This document shows positions 28,011-39,301 of a DNA stretch of 58,311 nucleotides, piece after piece; position 1 is the first letter of the stretch; each line of letters begins with the position of its first letter. Position numbers and translations under genes: made by a program. This stretch comes from Crocinitomicaceae bacterium (lineage in GTDB: Bacteria > Bacteroidota > Bacteroidia > Flavobacteriales_D > Parvicellaceae). The notes beneath the pieces are model-generated. The model saw only the letters and a program-made list of their open reading frames with translations, did no database searches and was not told the origin of the DNA. The DNA is taken from contig NZID01000063.1 of the NCBI GenBank assembly GCA_002691605.1, positions 1 to 58,311 on the forward strand, read 5' to 3'.

Positions 28011-29121
28011 ATACTATTTCATTAGTAAATTGTTCCCAGGAAAATAATTCTTTTTTAATAGACAAAGCATTACTCATTTTATTTTCATTATCAGTTTCTG
28101 AGAAATACTTAAGAATGTAATTACTAAGTTGATTGGAATCTGGGGAACAAATATAGCCGTCTTTTCCATGAGTTATAATTTCAGATAAACCACCTACATT
28201 AGTAGTTATCATTGGCTTATTATAGTGCATTGCTAATTGTGTTACTCCACTTTGTGTTGCAGAAGTATATGGAAGTATTACTAAATTACTTGCTGAAAAA
28301 AAACTAGGCACGTCGCTATCTTCAATAAATTTATTGTAAATAATTATATTATTTAATTTTAATTGATTTATCAATTTTTGATAATCTTTTTCAGATTCAT
28401 AAAACTCACCCGCTATAATAAGTTTAATTTTCATTTTTATAATTTGCTTTTCAGCCATTGCCTTAATCGCTAGATCTAATCCTTTATACTTTCTTATTAA
28501 ACCAAAAAATAAGATATACTTGCCTTCTTTTAAATTCAGTTTATTTAGCGCTGAATTTTTATCAATTAGCGGTTTATAAGTGTCATATATTGGATGAAAC
28601 AATGCTTTAACAGTAATAGTAGCGTTAATTGATAAAATATCTTGTTTTACTTTTTTACTTAAGGTAATATGATTATTACAGCTCTTTAGAAAAAAATTAA
28701 CTAGCTGTTTATCACCCCATCTTTTCTCATGAGCAACGGCATTATCGACAATACCTGAAACATTTATTTTCTTCTTTTTTAAAAAAGAACCTATAAACCC
28801 TAAACATGGTCCAAAAAAAGGCATCCAAAACCTTATGAATACTTTATCAGGTTTTGAAAGGGCTATATGTTTAGCTGCTTTCCTCCAACTTAATGGATTA
28901 ATAGAATTTATTATTGGCGATATTTTAAAGGGAAGGTCAGTTTCATTTGTGGTTTTATTTTGAGATTTACCTGGAAAAAAAATGGATGGATATTGTAATG
29001 AAAAAGAAATGATTTCAACATCTTTATTTTTTAGAACTAAAGCTTTTGCTAGTGCCTCATTAAAATCAGAAATACCGCCCCTAAGTGGTGATGCAGGTCC
29101 AACAATAATGATCTTATTCAT
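28009..29121 (-). CDS. glycosyltransferase family 4
   Basis: GT-B fold. The N-terminal IIIVGPASPLRGGIS and C-terminal ATQSGVTQLAMHYNKPMITTNVGGLSE regions resemble group 1 glycosyltransferases. I prefer the ATG at 29121, which gives an 8-nt overlap with the upstream GT2 gene. Confidence 0.75.
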   Translation of the reverse strand: MNKIIIVGPASPLRGGISDFNEALAKALVLKNKDVEIISFSLQYPSIFFPGKSQNKTTNETDLPFKISPIINSINPLSWRKAAKHIALSKPDKVFIRFWMPFFGPCLGFIGSFLKKKKINVSGIVDNAVAHEKRWGDKQLVNFFLKSCNNHITLSKKVKQDILSINATITVKALFHPIYDTYKPLIDKNSALNKLNLKEGKYILFFGLIRKYKGLDLAIKAMAEKQIIKMKIKLIIAGEFYESEKDYQKLINQLKLNNIIIYNKFIEDSDVPSFFSASNLVILPYTSATQSGVTQLAMHYNKPMITTNVGGLSEIITHGKDGYICSPDSNQLSNYILKYFSETDNENKMSNALSIKKELFSWEQFTNEIV

Positions 29122-30070
29122 TAAAGTTAATTTTTTCTTTGATTTGATAGTAATTTCTATTTGGAGAATTTCTTGAAAGCATTTCACCTAAAAACCCTGC
29201 TAAAAAAAATTGAACACCAATAATAATAGATGTTAACGCTACATAAAACTCTGTTCTATTAGCAATTAACTTACCAGTTTTATTAAAAAATATTTTATCC
29301 ACTCCGATATAAAAAAGAAATACAAAACCGATAATGAATACCACTGTTCCAAGTGTTCCAAAAAGATGCATGGGTCTTTTGCCATATTTTCCAATAAATG
29401 TAATACTGAATAAATCCAAAAAACCAAATATAAATCTTTCTAATCCAAACTTAGTAACCCCAAATTTTCTGGCTTGATGATGTACTACTTTTTCTGTTAT
29501 ATTTTGAAAACCCGCCCATTTAGCTATTAAAGGAATATATCTGTGCATTTCACCATAAACTTCAATATTTTTTACTACTTGATTTTTGTAAGCCTTCAGA
29601 CCACAATTCATGTCGTGTAATTTAATTCCTGAAACCCAACGAGTAACAGCATTATAAAGTTTCGTTGGAATTGTTTTAGAAATAGGGTCTTTTCTATTTT
29701 TTTTCCAACCTGATACAATATCATACCCATCTACTTTAATCATTTTATATAATTCAGGTATTTCTTCAGGAGAGTCCTGTAAGTCAGCATCCATTGTAAT
29801 CACCACCTCACCTAATGATTTACTAAATCCAACATTTAGTGCGGCAGATTTTCCATAATTTCTTCGAAACGATATACCTTTTATATTGTCATTATTAAGA
29901 TAAAGAGATTGTATTTTTTCCCAAGAATGGTCTGTACTTCCATCGTCAACAAATAGAATTTCATAACTCAATTTAGTATTGTCTAAAACTTTAGTAATCC
30001 ATGCACTAAGTTCTGAAAGAGATTCAGATTCATTGTAAAGTGGAATTATAATAGATAAATCTATTTTCAT
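29114..30070 (-). CDS. GT2 polyprenyl-phosphate glycosyltransferase (GtrB/ArnC/DPM1-like)
   Basis: LSIIIPLYNE, DDGSTD and DADLQD motifs, plus two C-terminal TM helices. Confidence 0.8.
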   Translation of the reverse strand: MKIDLSIIIPLYNESESLSELSAWITKVLDNTKLSYEILFVDDGSTDHSWEKIQSLYLNNDNIKGISFRRNYGKSAALNVGFSKSLGEVVITMDADLQDSPEEIPELYKMIKVDGYDIVSGWKKNRKDPISKTIPTKLYNAVTRWVSGIKLHDMNCGLKAYKNQVVKNIEVYGEMHRYIPLIAKWAGFQNITEKVVHHQARKFGVTKFGLERFIFGFLDLFSITFIGKYGKRPMHLFGTLGTVVFIIGFVFLFYIGVDKIFFNKTGKLIANRTEFYVALTSIIIGVQFFLAGFLGEMLSRNSPNRNYYQIKEKINFNE

Positions 30071-30074
30071 AAAA

Positions 30075-30082
30075 CAAATATA
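30075..30082 (-). promoter_or_regulatory. putative -7 box (TAnnTTTG) for the GT2-GT4 pair
   Basis: TATATTTG on the coding strand, only 4 nt upstream of the ATG at 30070. Confidence 0.35.
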
Positions 30083-30195
30083 TTGAAGTTTCTCAATAGG
30101 TTTTGTTAATTCTTTTTAATTAAAATTATTATTTACTAATATTAATAGAATTATATTCGACAACAAATAAATTAAGTTATCGCATTCTTTCACCT

Positions 30196-30918
30196 ATGAA
30201 AGCATTATTATTTAAAGAGATAAGATCTTATTTAAGCTCTGTTATAGGTTACACTGCCATGGGGGTATTTTTGTTAAGTTCAGGCTTTTTTGTTTGGGTT
30301 TATCCAGGCAGTAATAATATTATTGACATGGGCGAATCCAACTTGCAACCTTTTTTTTCTCAAGCACCTGGAATATTAATGTTTTTATTCCCCGCTTTTA
30401 CTATGAGATGTTTTGCAGAAGAAAAAAAGTCAGGAACTCTTGAAATTCTAATTACTCAACCTATATCAATATTTCAGATTATACTCTCTAAATTTTTTGC
30501 AGCCAGCTTTTTAGCAATTATAACTATTTTACCAACTTTAATATATTATATAAGTGTCTCTCAAATGGGTGAGATTACAGGAAATATAGATCACCCCACT
30601 ACAATTGGAGGTTATCTTGGATTAATTTTATTAAGTATTTCTTACGTTGCCATTGGTGTTTTAGCCTCTAGTCTTTCTAAAAATCAAGTAATTGCTTTTT
30701 TACTTGCCTTATTTTTTAATTTTTTTATTTACTTAGGGATTTCTTATTTGGCTGTTTTTCTTGGAAATCCTTTAGATTATTACATTATAAAACTTAGTAT
30801 GTTAGATCATTTTAATTCACTTCACAGAGGGATTATAGATTCTAGAGATATTATTTATTTTATTTCTGTAATCTTCTTAGCGCTATATTTAACTAAATCT
30901 GTTTTAAAGCCAAGCTAA
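30196..30918 (+). CDS. gldF: gliding-motility-associated ABC transporter permease GldF
   Basis: ABC-2 type permease with the N-terminal KEIRSYLSSVIGY signature of GldF, immediately followed by gldG. Confidence 0.8.
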   Translation: MKALLFKEIRSYLSSVIGYTAMGVFLLSSGFFVWVYPGSNNIIDMGESNLQPFFSQAPGILMFLFPAFTMRCFAEEKKSGTLEILITQPISIFQIILSKFFAASFLAIITILPTLIYYISVSQMGEITGNIDHPTTIGGYLGLILLSISYVAIGVLASSLSKNQVIAFLLALFFNFFIYLGISYLAVFLGNPLDYYIIKLSMLDHFNSLHRGIIDSRDIIYFISVIFLALYLTKSVLKPS

Positions 30919-32837
30919 TGAGCTTATTTTATAATAAATATAGGTCCTTAATAAAACTTGGAATAGTAATTTTTCTAATAATAATTGTAAACATATTTTC
31001 TAGTAATTTTTTCTTTAGGATAGATTTATCTAAGGATCAAATTCACTCATTGTCTGAAAAAACTAAACAAACGCTTGAAAATCTCGATGAGATTATAACA
31101 GCAGATGTATTTTTAGTTGGTGATTATCCTGCAGAAATTGAAAAACTTAAAAAATCACTTTATGAAAAATTAAATGAATTTAAAGCTTATGGAGGTGAAA
31201 ATTTTCAAATAAATTACATTGATTTAGATGAAGATCCTGAATTAGCAAAAGAATTCAAAAATCAGGTTTTTAAAGACGGGGTGGACTTTACTGATATTTT
31301 AATATCAAGAGATAGTAAACAGGAAGTTGTGAGAATATGGTCTGGAATTATCATTAGAATGGGAGATCAATTTACACCTGTTCAACTACTTCAAAAAGGT
31401 AAATTTCCAATTTCGCAAAATATAATTAATCAATTCAATGATCAATTAGAATATAATATAATTCTTGGCCTTAATAGTTTAATTAAACCTTCTATTAAAA
31501 AAATTAAGTTTTTAAGAGGCCATCAAGAATTAGATAATGCAGACGCTTGGATAATAAGAGATCAATTAATAAAACATTATGATGTAGATACTATCAGAAT
31601 TAAACAATTGAAAACCCAATATTATAATCAAACAATTGATTTTGCCAATTTAAAATATGATTCATTAGTTATCAATAAAATAGATTCTTTTAAAATTTCA
31701 AAAAGAAACATTCCTGTTTTTGATAATAACGGACTTCCTAACAAAAATACCAGAAGATATATCACTCAAAATCTTCAAAATCAACTTATTTCAAGTTACA
31801 TGAATGATCCCTTAAAAATAAGTGAAGACCTTGATGTTTTAGATGAAACTGATTTATTGATTATTGCTAAACCTAGAACTTCATTTTCAGAAAAAGAACT
31901 TTTTATAATTGATCAATTTATTATGAATGGTGGTAAAACTATGTGGTTGATTGATATGCTTGATGTAAATGAATCAATCCTTAAAGATACTAATATCACA
32001 TATGCTAAACCTGTTAACCACGATTTACAACAATTTTTATTTAAATATGGAGCTAGATTTAATGTTAATATGGTTAATGATGCAAGAAGTAGCCCATTGA
32101 TTAGAGAAGATGGACTTGGAAGAATACCTAATTGGTATTTTTATCCTCTTTTATATTTAGATCAACCTTCAAAATATTTAAAAAATGTAGGTCCTATTAA
32201 AACAAGATATACTTGTTCTATAGACACTGTAGGAGAAAATCAAATCAAAAAAACACCCTTATTACGATCTTCTAAAGAATATAAAATACTTCGTCAAACA
32301 TCGGTAAACTATCAAAATTTATATAATTATAACCCTAGAAATTTTGAAAATGATCCAATTCCTCCTACCTGCGGATGGCTTTTTGAAGGAGAATTTACTT
32401 CCAATTATAATAATAGATTAATTAGTAAAGATTTTCAAAAGTTTATTGATAATCCTATTGTAAATTTCAAAGATAAAAGTATTTCAACTAAAATGGTTTT
32501 TATTGGTGATGGAGATCTAATAAGGAATGATTTTCTTAAAATTAATGACCAAATAAAACCTGTATTATTATCTTTTGAAAGTGCAGATTATGGTACTCCA
32601 GATTTTTTTCCTAGATATGGAAACAGTATGTTTTTTCAAAATTTAGTAGATGAACTATTGAATAAAAGTGAATTAATTCCTTTAAGATCTAAAATGAATA
32701 TGCCAAGATTATTAAAAAAGGAAATTTATAACGAAAAACAATTTTGGCAAATGATTAATATTATTCTTCCTTTATTATTAATTATAATTTTTGGTTTCTT
32801 CAACCAATTTTATAGAAAAAACAAGTATGTACAATAA
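30918..32837 (+). CDS. gldG: gliding-motility-associated ABC transporter accessory protein GldG
   Basis: 639 aa with N- and C-terminal TM anchors and a large periplasmic domain. The TAATG start/stop overlap with gldF is the canonical gldF-gldG arrangement. Confidence 0.8.
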   Translation: MSLFYNKYRSLIKLGIVIFLIIIVNIFSSNFFFRIDLSKDQIHSLSEKTKQTLENLDEIITADVFLVGDYPAEIEKLKKSLYEKLNEFKAYGGENFQINYIDLDEDPELAKEFKNQVFKDGVDFTDILISRDSKQEVVRIWSGIIIRMGDQFTPVQLLQKGKFPISQNIINQFNDQLEYNIILGLNSLIKPSIKKIKFLRGHQELDNADAWIIRDQLIKHYDVDTIRIKQLKTQYYNQTIDFANLKYDSLVINKIDSFKISKRNIPVFDNNGLPNKNTRRYITQNLQNQLISSYMNDPLKISEDLDVLDETDLLIIAKPRTSFSEKELFIIDQFIMNGGKTMWLIDMLDVNESILKDTNITYAKPVNHDLQQFLFKYGARFNVNMVNDARSSPLIREDGLGRIPNWYFYPLLYLDQPSKYLKNVGPIKTRYTCSIDTVGENQIKKTPLLRSSKEYKILRQTSVNYQNLYNYNPRNFENDPIPPTCGWLFEGEFTSNYNNRLISKDFQKFIDNPIVNFKDKSISTKMVFIGDGDLIRNDFLKINDQIKPVLLSFESADYGTPDFFPRYGNSMFFQNLVDELLNKSELIPLRSKMNMPRLLKKEIYNEKQFWQMINIILPLLLIIIFGFFNQFYRKNKYVQ

Positions 32838-33819
32838 AAGTTTCTTTAACCATCTGTTTTTTATAATTTGTTTAAGTTCTCTTTTTATTAAATGTGACTT
32901 TTCAAACCAAAGTTCTGATTTTAAAAACTTTGCAATTAAAGATACTTCTAACATATCTAAATTTAGAATCTCAGATACAGAAGGAAATGAAATATTAATT
33001 TCAAGAGATAATAGCTCTAGAAATTGGATGATATATGGCACGAGTTTCAATGCTAATCAACCAAGCGTAGACTTATTAATGGAAACATTTTACAGGATAA
33101 GAGTCAAACAAGAAGTTCCTAATTCAGCATTAAATACGGTAATTAATAGACTTTCCGTTAGACATAAAAAAGTAGAAATTTTTACAACCGAAGAATTGCC
33201 TTTTAAAACTTGGTACATTGGATCTCCTACACAAGATCACACAGGAACCTATATGCTTTTACAAATAGGTAAAGAAAAGGGAAACAAACCCTATGTAACT
33301 TATAAGCCTGGGATGTATGGAACATTAGAAGTTAGATTTTTTACAGATTGGAAAGCTTGGAGATCTCCAAGAATATTTGACTATAAAAATCCTAAAAATA
33401 TTCATAAAATTTCAACCACTTTTTTTGAAATCAAAAATGAAAGCTACTCGATTAATTACCAAAACAACAAAGTAGAATTATATAATTTTCAAAATCAAAA
33501 ATTGTCAAATTTTGACACTTCCCAAGTGAAACATTACTTAACGCATTTTAATACTATTTCTTACAATAAAATTATATTTGAAAATCAAAAAATAATTGAT
33601 TCGATTTTCAACTCCTCCCCTTATATTTCCTTTGAACTAATTGACAATAAAAACCTAAATACAAAAGTTGATTTCTGGAGAATTAAAGATGAAAATACAT
33701 CTACTGGATGGGATGTTGAATATGGGTATATTAGAGTTAATGATAATAATGAACTTTTGAGAGCACAGTATTTTAATTGGGAAATTTTATTTAAACCCTT
33801 ATCCTTCTTTGCAAGATGA
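32827..33819 (+). CDS. DUF4340-like periplasmic protein
   Basis: N-terminal anchor/signal (FFNHLFFIICLSSLFIKC, possible lipoprotein Cys). It sits directly after gldG, where DUF4340 proteins commonly occur. I prefer the ATG at 32827, which gives an 11-nt overlap with gldG. Confidence 0.5.
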   Translation: MYNKSFFNHLFFIICLSSLFIKCDFSNQSSDFKNFAIKDTSNISKFRISDTEGNEILISRDNSSRNWMIYGTSFNANQPSVDLLMETFYRIRVKQEVPNSALNTVINRLSVRHKKVEIFTTEELPFKTWYIGSPTQDHTGTYMLLQIGKEKGNKPYVTYKPGMYGTLEVRFFTDWKAWRSPRIFDYKNPKNIHKISTTFFEIKNESYSINYQNNKVELYNFQNQKLSNFDTSQVKHYLTHFNTISYNKIIFENQKIIDSIFNSSPYISFELIDNKNLNTKVDFWRIKDENTSTGWDVEYGYIRVNDNNELLRAQYFNWEILFKPLSFFAR

Positions 33820-33840
33820 TATTATTAATTAAGTGTTAAT

Positions 33841-33848
33841 AAATTTGC
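33841..33848 (+). promoter_or_regulatory. putative -7 box (TAnnTTTG) for dnaN
   Basis: TAAATTTG, 60 nt upstream of the ATG at 33909. It is the only match in the 89-nt gap. Confidence 0.3.
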
Positions 33849-33908
33849 CTAATTCTTATAGTTTTCTAAGAATACAATTCAGATATTTATAACTTAATAA
33901 TATAATTT

Positions 33909-35027
33909 ATGAAGTTTATAGTATCAAGTCAAGTTTTATTAAAACAATTACAATCCATCGGAGGTGTTCTAAATAGTTCTAATACTTTACCTATTTTGGA
34001 TAATTTTTTATTTGAATTAAAAGATCAGAAATTGATTTTATCTTGTTCAGATCTTGAATCTACTATGACTTCTACTATTTCAATTGATGCTAAAAGTGAA
34101 GGAAGTGTAGCAATTCCAGCTAAAATGCTTCTAGATATTTTAAAAACTTTTCCAAATCATCCACTAACTTTTTCAATTGATGAAAAGATGGGAGTCGAAA
34201 TTTCATCAGACTATGGTAAATATAAGTTAAGTGGATATAATGGTGAGGAATTTCCAAAATCCCCAGTTATAGAAGCTCCTTCTGCTGTTTCAATAAGTAG
34301 TTTTATTTTTCAAAGAGCTATAGAAAAAACTATTTTCGCTACTGGAAATGATGATTTAAGACCGGTTATGAGTGGTGTTTTCATTCAATTATCTGAAAGT
34401 AATTTAACCTTCGTTGCCACGGATGCACACAAGTTAGTAAGATATACAAGAAACGACGTTCATTCTAGTGCACCATCTGCATTTATATTTCCTAAAAAGC
34501 CCATGAACTTATTAAAAGGTCTTCTTCAAAACTATGATGGAGAAGTAACTATTCAATATAACGAATCAAACGCTAGTATTTCTTTTAATGATATTTTGCC
34601 TGTTTGCAGGTTGGTTGACGGAAAATATCCTAATTACGAAGCGGTTATTCCAAAAGAAAATCCAAATAGACTAACCGTTGATAGAAACGCTTTCTATCAA
34701 TCTATTAAACGTGTTAGTATTTTTGCAAATAAAACTACCCATCAAGTAAGACTCAAAATTAATGGTAGTGAATTGAATATAAGTGCTGAAGATGTCGATT
34801 TCTCTAACGAAGCAAACGAAAGATTAACTTGTTCATATCAAGGAGAATCAATGGAAATTGGTTTCAATTCAAGATTTTTAAATGAAATGCTTCAAAACAT
34901 TGATTCTGACAATGTTGTTTTTGAATTAAGTGCACCTAACAGAGCTGGAATTTTAATACCAGATACTACAAATGATAATGGAGAAGATTTTCTGATGCTA
35001 GTAATGCCAGTAATGCTCAATTCTTAA
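33909..35027 (+). CDS. dnaN: DNA polymerase III subunit beta (sliding clamp)
   Basis: 372 aa with three-domain clamp collinearity ([15 protein letters not shown]..., [14 protein letters not shown]-terminus). Confidence 0.9.
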   Translation: MKFIVSSQVLLKQLQSIGGVLNSSNTLPILDNFLFELKDQKLILSCSDLESTMTSTISIDAKSEGSVAIPAKMLLDILKTFPNHPLTFSIDEKMGVEISSDYGKYKLSGYNGEEFPKSPVIEAPSAVSISSFIFQRAIEKTIFATGNDDLRPVMSGVFIQLSESNLTFVATDAHKLVRYTRNDVHSSAPSAFIFPKKPMNLLKGLLQNYDGEVTIQYNESNASISFNDILPVCRLVDGKYPNYEAVIPKENPNRLTVDRNAFYQSIKRVSIFANKTTHQVRLKINGSELNISAEDVDFSNEANERLTCSYQGESMEIGFNSRFLNEMLQNIDSDNVVFELSAPNRAGILIPDTTNDNGEDFLMLVMPVMLNS

Positions 35028-36250
35028 TTAAATCTATAATTTTTGATGGTATTAATTATTATTTCAATACAATCGTCAAGTTGATTTTTATTAATTGTAA
35101 GTGGGGGAGCAAATCTGATAATATTTCCATGAGTAGGTTTGGCTAACAAACCATTATTTTTCATTTCTAAACATAGATTCCAAGCTGTCTTACTTGTCTC
35201 TGTATCATTAATTACTATAGCATTTAATAATCCTTTTCCTCTTACTAATTTTACAATTGAAGAATTTTTAATATATTTATTTAATTGATTTCTAAAATGA
35301 ATCCCTAATTCCATTGCATTTTCAGAGAGTTTTTCTTCAATAATAACTTCTAATGCAGCCTTTGCCACTACACAAGCAAGTGGATTTCCACCAAAAGTTG
35401 AACCATGTTCTCCTGGCTTTATACACATCATAACCTCATTATTTGCTAATACTGCTGAAACAGGAAGAACCCCCCCAGAAAGAGCTTTTCCTAAGATTAA
35501 AATATCTGGCTTAGCATTTTCATAATCAGTAGCTAATAATTTGCCTGTTCTTCCTATTCCTGTTTGAACTTCATCTGCTATAAATAAAACATTGTATTTA
35601 TTACAAAGATTCCTGACACCTTCTAAATAACCATCATCTGGAACAACTACTCCAGCCTCTCCCTGAATAGGTTCTACCATAAAAGCAGCTACATTTGGAT
35701 CTTTAAGTTCATCTTCTAAAGCAGATAAATCATTATATGGTATTAAATCATATCCAGGCATAAATGGTCCAAAACCTTCGTAAGATAATGGGTCGTCAGA
35801 AGAAGAAATGGCAGCAAGTGTTCTTCCCCAAAAATTACCCTTTGCAAATAGAATTCTTGCTTTATTTTCTGGAATATTTTTTTTAAGGTAACCCCATTTT
35901 CTAGCTAATTTATTAGCCGTTTCTCCTCCTTCTACACCTGTATTCATGGGTAAAACCTTATCATACTTAAATAAATTACAAATGAATTCTTCATAAGGGC
36001 CTAACTGATCATTAAAAAATGCTCGACTAGTTAATGTTAATTTAGAAGATTGATTTATTAAAGCCTCGATTATTTTAGGGTGACAATGACCTTGATTAAC
36101 TGCTGAATATGCTGATAAAAAATCAAAATACTTTTTTCCCTCACAATCCCAAACATGAACCCCTATTCCTTTTTCTAATACTACGGGCAATGGATGATAA
36201 TTATGTGCACCGTAATTATTTTCTAATTCCATTAAAGATTTTGAATCCAT
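35024..36250 (-). CDS. rocD: ornithine--oxo-acid aminotransferase
   Basis: Class III aminotransferase with N-terminal [22 protein letters not shown] and PLP-lysine GKALSGG, typical of OAT. Confidence 0.85.
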   Translation of the reverse strand: MDSKSLMELENNYGAHNYHPLPVVLEKGIGVHVWDCEGKKYFDFLSAYSAVNQGHCHPKIIEALINQSSKLTLTSRAFFNDQLGPYEEFICNLFKYDKVLPMNTGVEGGETANKLARKWGYLKKNIPENKARILFAKGNFWGRTLAAISSSDDPLSYEGFGPFMPGYDLIPYNDLSALEDELKDPNVAAFMVEPIQGEAGVVVPDDGYLEGVRNLCNKYNVLFIADEVQTGIGRTGKLLATDYENAKPDILILGKALSGGVLPVSAVLANNEVMMCIKPGEHGSTFGGNPLACVVAKAALEVIIEEKLSENAMELGIHFRNQLNKYIKNSSIVKLVRGKGLLNAIVINDTETSKTAWNLCLEMKNNGLLAKPTHGNIIRFAPPLTINKNQLDDCIEIIINTIKNYRFN

Positions 36251-36264
36251 AATCTATTTTTAAC

Positions 36265-36272
36265 CAAATATA
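36265..36272 (-). promoter_or_regulatory. putative -7 box (TAnnTTTG) for rocD
   Basis: TATATTTG on the coding strand, 14 nt upstream of the ATG at 36250. Confidence 0.4.
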
Positions 36273-36343
36273 ATAATACAAAATTTTTAGAGAAATTATA
36301 ATTAATAAAGTATCCTATTAAGTATTATTATTTTCTTTGTAGA

Positions 36344-37147
36344 GTGAATAAGAAAAAAGAACTGTTAGCAGCTAAAAAAAAAATAATATCAGCTACATCA
36401 AAAGCAATTAATGACTTTTCTATGATTGAAAAGAACGACCAAATTATGATTTGTGTCTCAGGAGGAAAAGATAGCTATACAATGTTAGATATGTTTATTC
36501 ATTTTCAAAAATACGGTGAAACTAATTTTGATTTTGTTGTCGTTAATATGGATCAAAAACAACCTGATTTTCCAGTTGATGTCCTTCCAAAATATCTAAA
36601 CAAATTAAATCTTAATTTTAAAATTATTGAAAAGGACACCTATCGAATCGTAAAAGAAAAAATACCTGCAGGAAAAACTATGTGTAGTTTATGTTCTAGA
36701 CTTAGAAGAGGTAGTTTATATGATTGTGCAAGAGAATTAGGGTGTAATAAAATTGCTTTAGGTCATCACATGGATGATATAATAGAGACCTATTTCTTAA
36801 ACTTATTTTTTAGTGGAAAAATGGAAGCTATGCCACCAAAATACTTAATTGATAAAGGAGATTTAATGGTTCTTAGACCCTTATCGTTTTGTAAAGAATC
36901 AGATATTGAAACCTATTCTAGATTAATGGAATTCCCGATAATACCTTGTAATTTATGTGGATCTCAAACTAACCTTCAAAGACAAAAAATTAAAAATCTG
37001 ATTAAAGAATGGGAAATTAGTTACCCTAATAGAAAAGCAATCATATTCAGATCTTTACAAAATGTATCTCCCTCCCACTTGTTAGATAGAAATATTTATA
37101 ATTTTCAAAACCTTGGCCCTGTAGAAGATTCTAATCTTTTGGTTTAG
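36344..37147 (+). CDS. ttcA: tRNA 2-thiocytidine(32) synthetase TtcA
   Basis: PP-loop SGGKDS plus Fe-S cysteines CSLCSRLRRG and CNLCGS. GTG start at 36344. Confidence 0.85.
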   Translation: MNKKKELLAAKKKIISATSKAINDFSMIEKNDQIMICVSGGKDSYTMLDMFIHFQKYGETNFDFVVVNMDQKQPDFPVDVLPKYLNKLNLNFKIIEKDTYRIVKEKIPAGKTMCSLCSRLRRGSLYDCARELGCNKIALGHHMDDIIETYFLNLFFSGKMEAMPPKYLIDKGDLMVLRPLSFCKESDIETYSRLMEFPIIPCNLCGSQTNLQRQKIKNLIKEWEISYPNRKAIIFRSLQNVSPSHLLDRNIYNFQNLGPVEDSNLLV

Positions 37148-38147
37148 TTGTTTTAAAACTTTTAATTATAGTAAGATTATTTGAAATTCCTGAAAAATGG
37201 TATTTAGAATTAGAATAGTTGATCTTAAAACTTTTCACTTTTAAACCTAAACCCCATGAAATACCAGTTGTTCCAGGTCTTGATTGAGGTTGTAATTCAT
37301 TTCTTGAAAGTAGATCATACCCAAATCTTAAATTAAAATTTTCAGAGAATAAAAGTTCCGTAGCAACTACGAAATGATTCAGCAATTGGTTTGAAAACTC
37401 ATTTATTCTGTTAGCATCTGATGAGTTTATTTGGTTATTGGAAATTATTTTCCATTTATTTAAATGATTATAGGTAATATGAAAACGAACTGGAGCATGT
37501 TTTAACTCAGTATTTATTCCAAAAATTGAATTAAATGGCAGTCTGTTATTTTGAGAAGTCAATAAATTATAATTTGTTAGGGAAGTACCTATATTACTTA
37601 ATAATAAATATCCTCCAATTCTTTTATTATTATTGTGATAAGTCATACTAATATCAGAAGCTAAGGCTACAGAAGAATATTGTTCTAGATTCGAAGTAAT
37701 GATTTTGACATTAATTCCTATTTGAAGAAAATCATGCAGTTTTTTAGAATGACCGATCTGAAAGATCCAATCATTTGCTGTAAAGGTATTTCCTGTTGGA
37801 ATTCCTGATGAATTATAGTATTCAAATTTTCCATAATTGTTATAAATTAATGTTGCAGAAAAATTCCCTTTTTTCTTTAAACTAAAATTGTAATTAATCA
37901 TTCCAAAATCAGAGTCTGCAAAATGATTATTGTAATTAATTACCAGTTTATCTGTATTTAATTTGGAAAGATTAGAGGGCAAAAAAATTGCCAGTGATGG
38001 ATCAGAATCAATTACTCCTATAGGATATCCGCCTAAAGAAGAATTCCTTGCTGTACAATTATTATTTAAAATTGTATAAGAAGGATTTTGTTGAGAAAAG
38101 TAAATAATAGAGAATGAAAATGCGAAACTTAAAAAGACTAATCTCAT
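37131..38147 (-). CDS. porQ: T9SS outer-membrane beta-barrel protein, PorQ-like
   Basis: Signal peptide. The N-terminal Y-x-(I/F)-L...AR...LGG...D-x-D...LA...P pattern (SYTILNNNCTARNSSLGGYPIGVIDSDPSLA) matches PorQ as I recall it, and the body has alternating beta-strand character. Assigned from memory of the family, not from a search. Confidence 0.5.
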   Translation of the reverse strand: MRLVFLSFAFSFSIIYFSQQNPSYTILNNNCTARNSSLGGYPIGVIDSDPSLAIFLPSNLSKLNTDKLVINYNNHFADSDFGMINYNFSLKKKGNFSATLIYNNYGKFEYYNSSGIPTGNTFTANDWIFQIGHSKKLHDFLQIGINVKIITSNLEQYSSVALASDISMTYHNNNKRIGGYLLLSNIGTSLTNYNLLTSQNNRLPFNSIFGINTELKHAPVRFHITYNHLNKWKIISNNQINSSDANRINEFSNQLLNHFVVATELLFSENFNLRFGYDLLSRNELQPQSRPGTTGISWGLGLKVKSFKINYSNSKYHFSGISNNLTIIKSFKTTKPKD

Positions 38148-38186
38148 TGTTTTTAATTTTAAACGAATTTTTGATTTAATTATTGT

Positions 38187-39284
38187 TTATATATTGAACC
38201 TAAAATGCATAATGTCTCCATCATTTAAAACATCCTCTTTACCATGAACCATTAGTTTACCCGCTTCTTTAACAGCATTTTCTGATCCAAGTTCGATAAA
38301 ATCATTGTATTTTATTACTTCTGCTTTTATAAATCCCTTTTGAAAATCTGTATGAATAACTCCTGCTGCTTCTGGTGCTGTCATCCCTTTTTTTATTGTC
38401 CAAGCCTTCACTTCTTTTTCACCGGCGGTAAAATAGGTTTGAAGATTTAATAAAGAATATGCTTTTTTGATTAGTTTACTCACTCCTGGTTCATCTAAGC
38501 CTAAGTCGTCTAAAAACATTTTTCTTTCTTCAAAATCGCTTAATTCTGTAATATCAGCTTCTATTGCTGCACCTAATATAAGTATCTCAGAGTTTTCATT
38601 TGAAATAGAGGATTTTAAAGCTTTTACATGGTTATTTCCATCTAAAACGGATTTTTCGTCAACATTACAAACATACATTACAGGTTTTGCCGTTATTAGT
38701 TGTAATTCATCTATATATTTAGTTAATCCATCATCCAAAGAAAGTGATCTAAGAGATTTACCTTCACTTAAATGACTTTTAGCTTTTTGATATACAGATA
38801 ATATTTTACCAGATTCTTTATCACCTGATTTTGCTTTTCTTTCTATTGCTCCAATTCTCTTTATAATCGTTTCTAAATCTTTTAGCTGTAGTTCTAAATC
38901 AATTATTTCCTTATCTGCAACAGGATCTACTTTTCCGTCTACGTGAATAACATTATCATTATCAAAACATCTTATAACATGAATTATGGCATCAACTTCT
39001 CTAATATTTGCTAAGAATTGATTACCTAGACCCTCTCCTTTGTGAGCTCCCTTAACAAGACCTGCAATGTCTACAATTTCTATAGTTGTTGGTATGACTT
39101 TTTCTGGATTAACAAGTAATTCTAATTTATTCAATCTTAAATCTGGAACAGTAATAGTACCGACATTAGGTTCAATAGTACAAAAAGGAAAGTTTGCAGA
39201 TTGAGCCTTAGCATTAGATAAGCAATTAAATAGTGTTGATTTTCCAACATTGGGTAATCCCACGATACCGCATTTCAAAGCCAT
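38187..39284 (-). CDS. ychF: redox-regulated ATPase YchF
   Basis: GIVGLPNVGKSTLFN P-loop, DIAGLVKGA and a TGS-like C-terminus; 365 aa. Confidence 0.95.
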   Translation of the reverse strand: MALKCGIVGLPNVGKSTLFNCLSNAKAQSANFPFCTIEPNVGTITVPDLRLNKLELLVNPEKVIPTTIEIVDIAGLVKGAHKGEGLGNQFLANIREVDAIIHVIRCFDNDNVIHVDGKVDPVADKEIIDLELQLKDLETIIKRIGAIERKAKSGDKESGKILSVYQKAKSHLSEGKSLRSLSLDDGLTKYIDELQLITAKPVMYVCNVDEKSVLDGNNHVKALKSSISNENSEILILGAAIEADITELSDFEERKMFLDDLGLDEPGVSKLIKKAYSLLNLQTYFTAGEKEVKAWTIKKGMTAPEAAGVIHTDFQKGFIKAEVIKYNDFIELGSENAVKEAGKLMVHGKEDVLNDGDIMHFRFNI

Positions 39285-39301
39285 ATTAAATTAAGTTTTT
39301 T

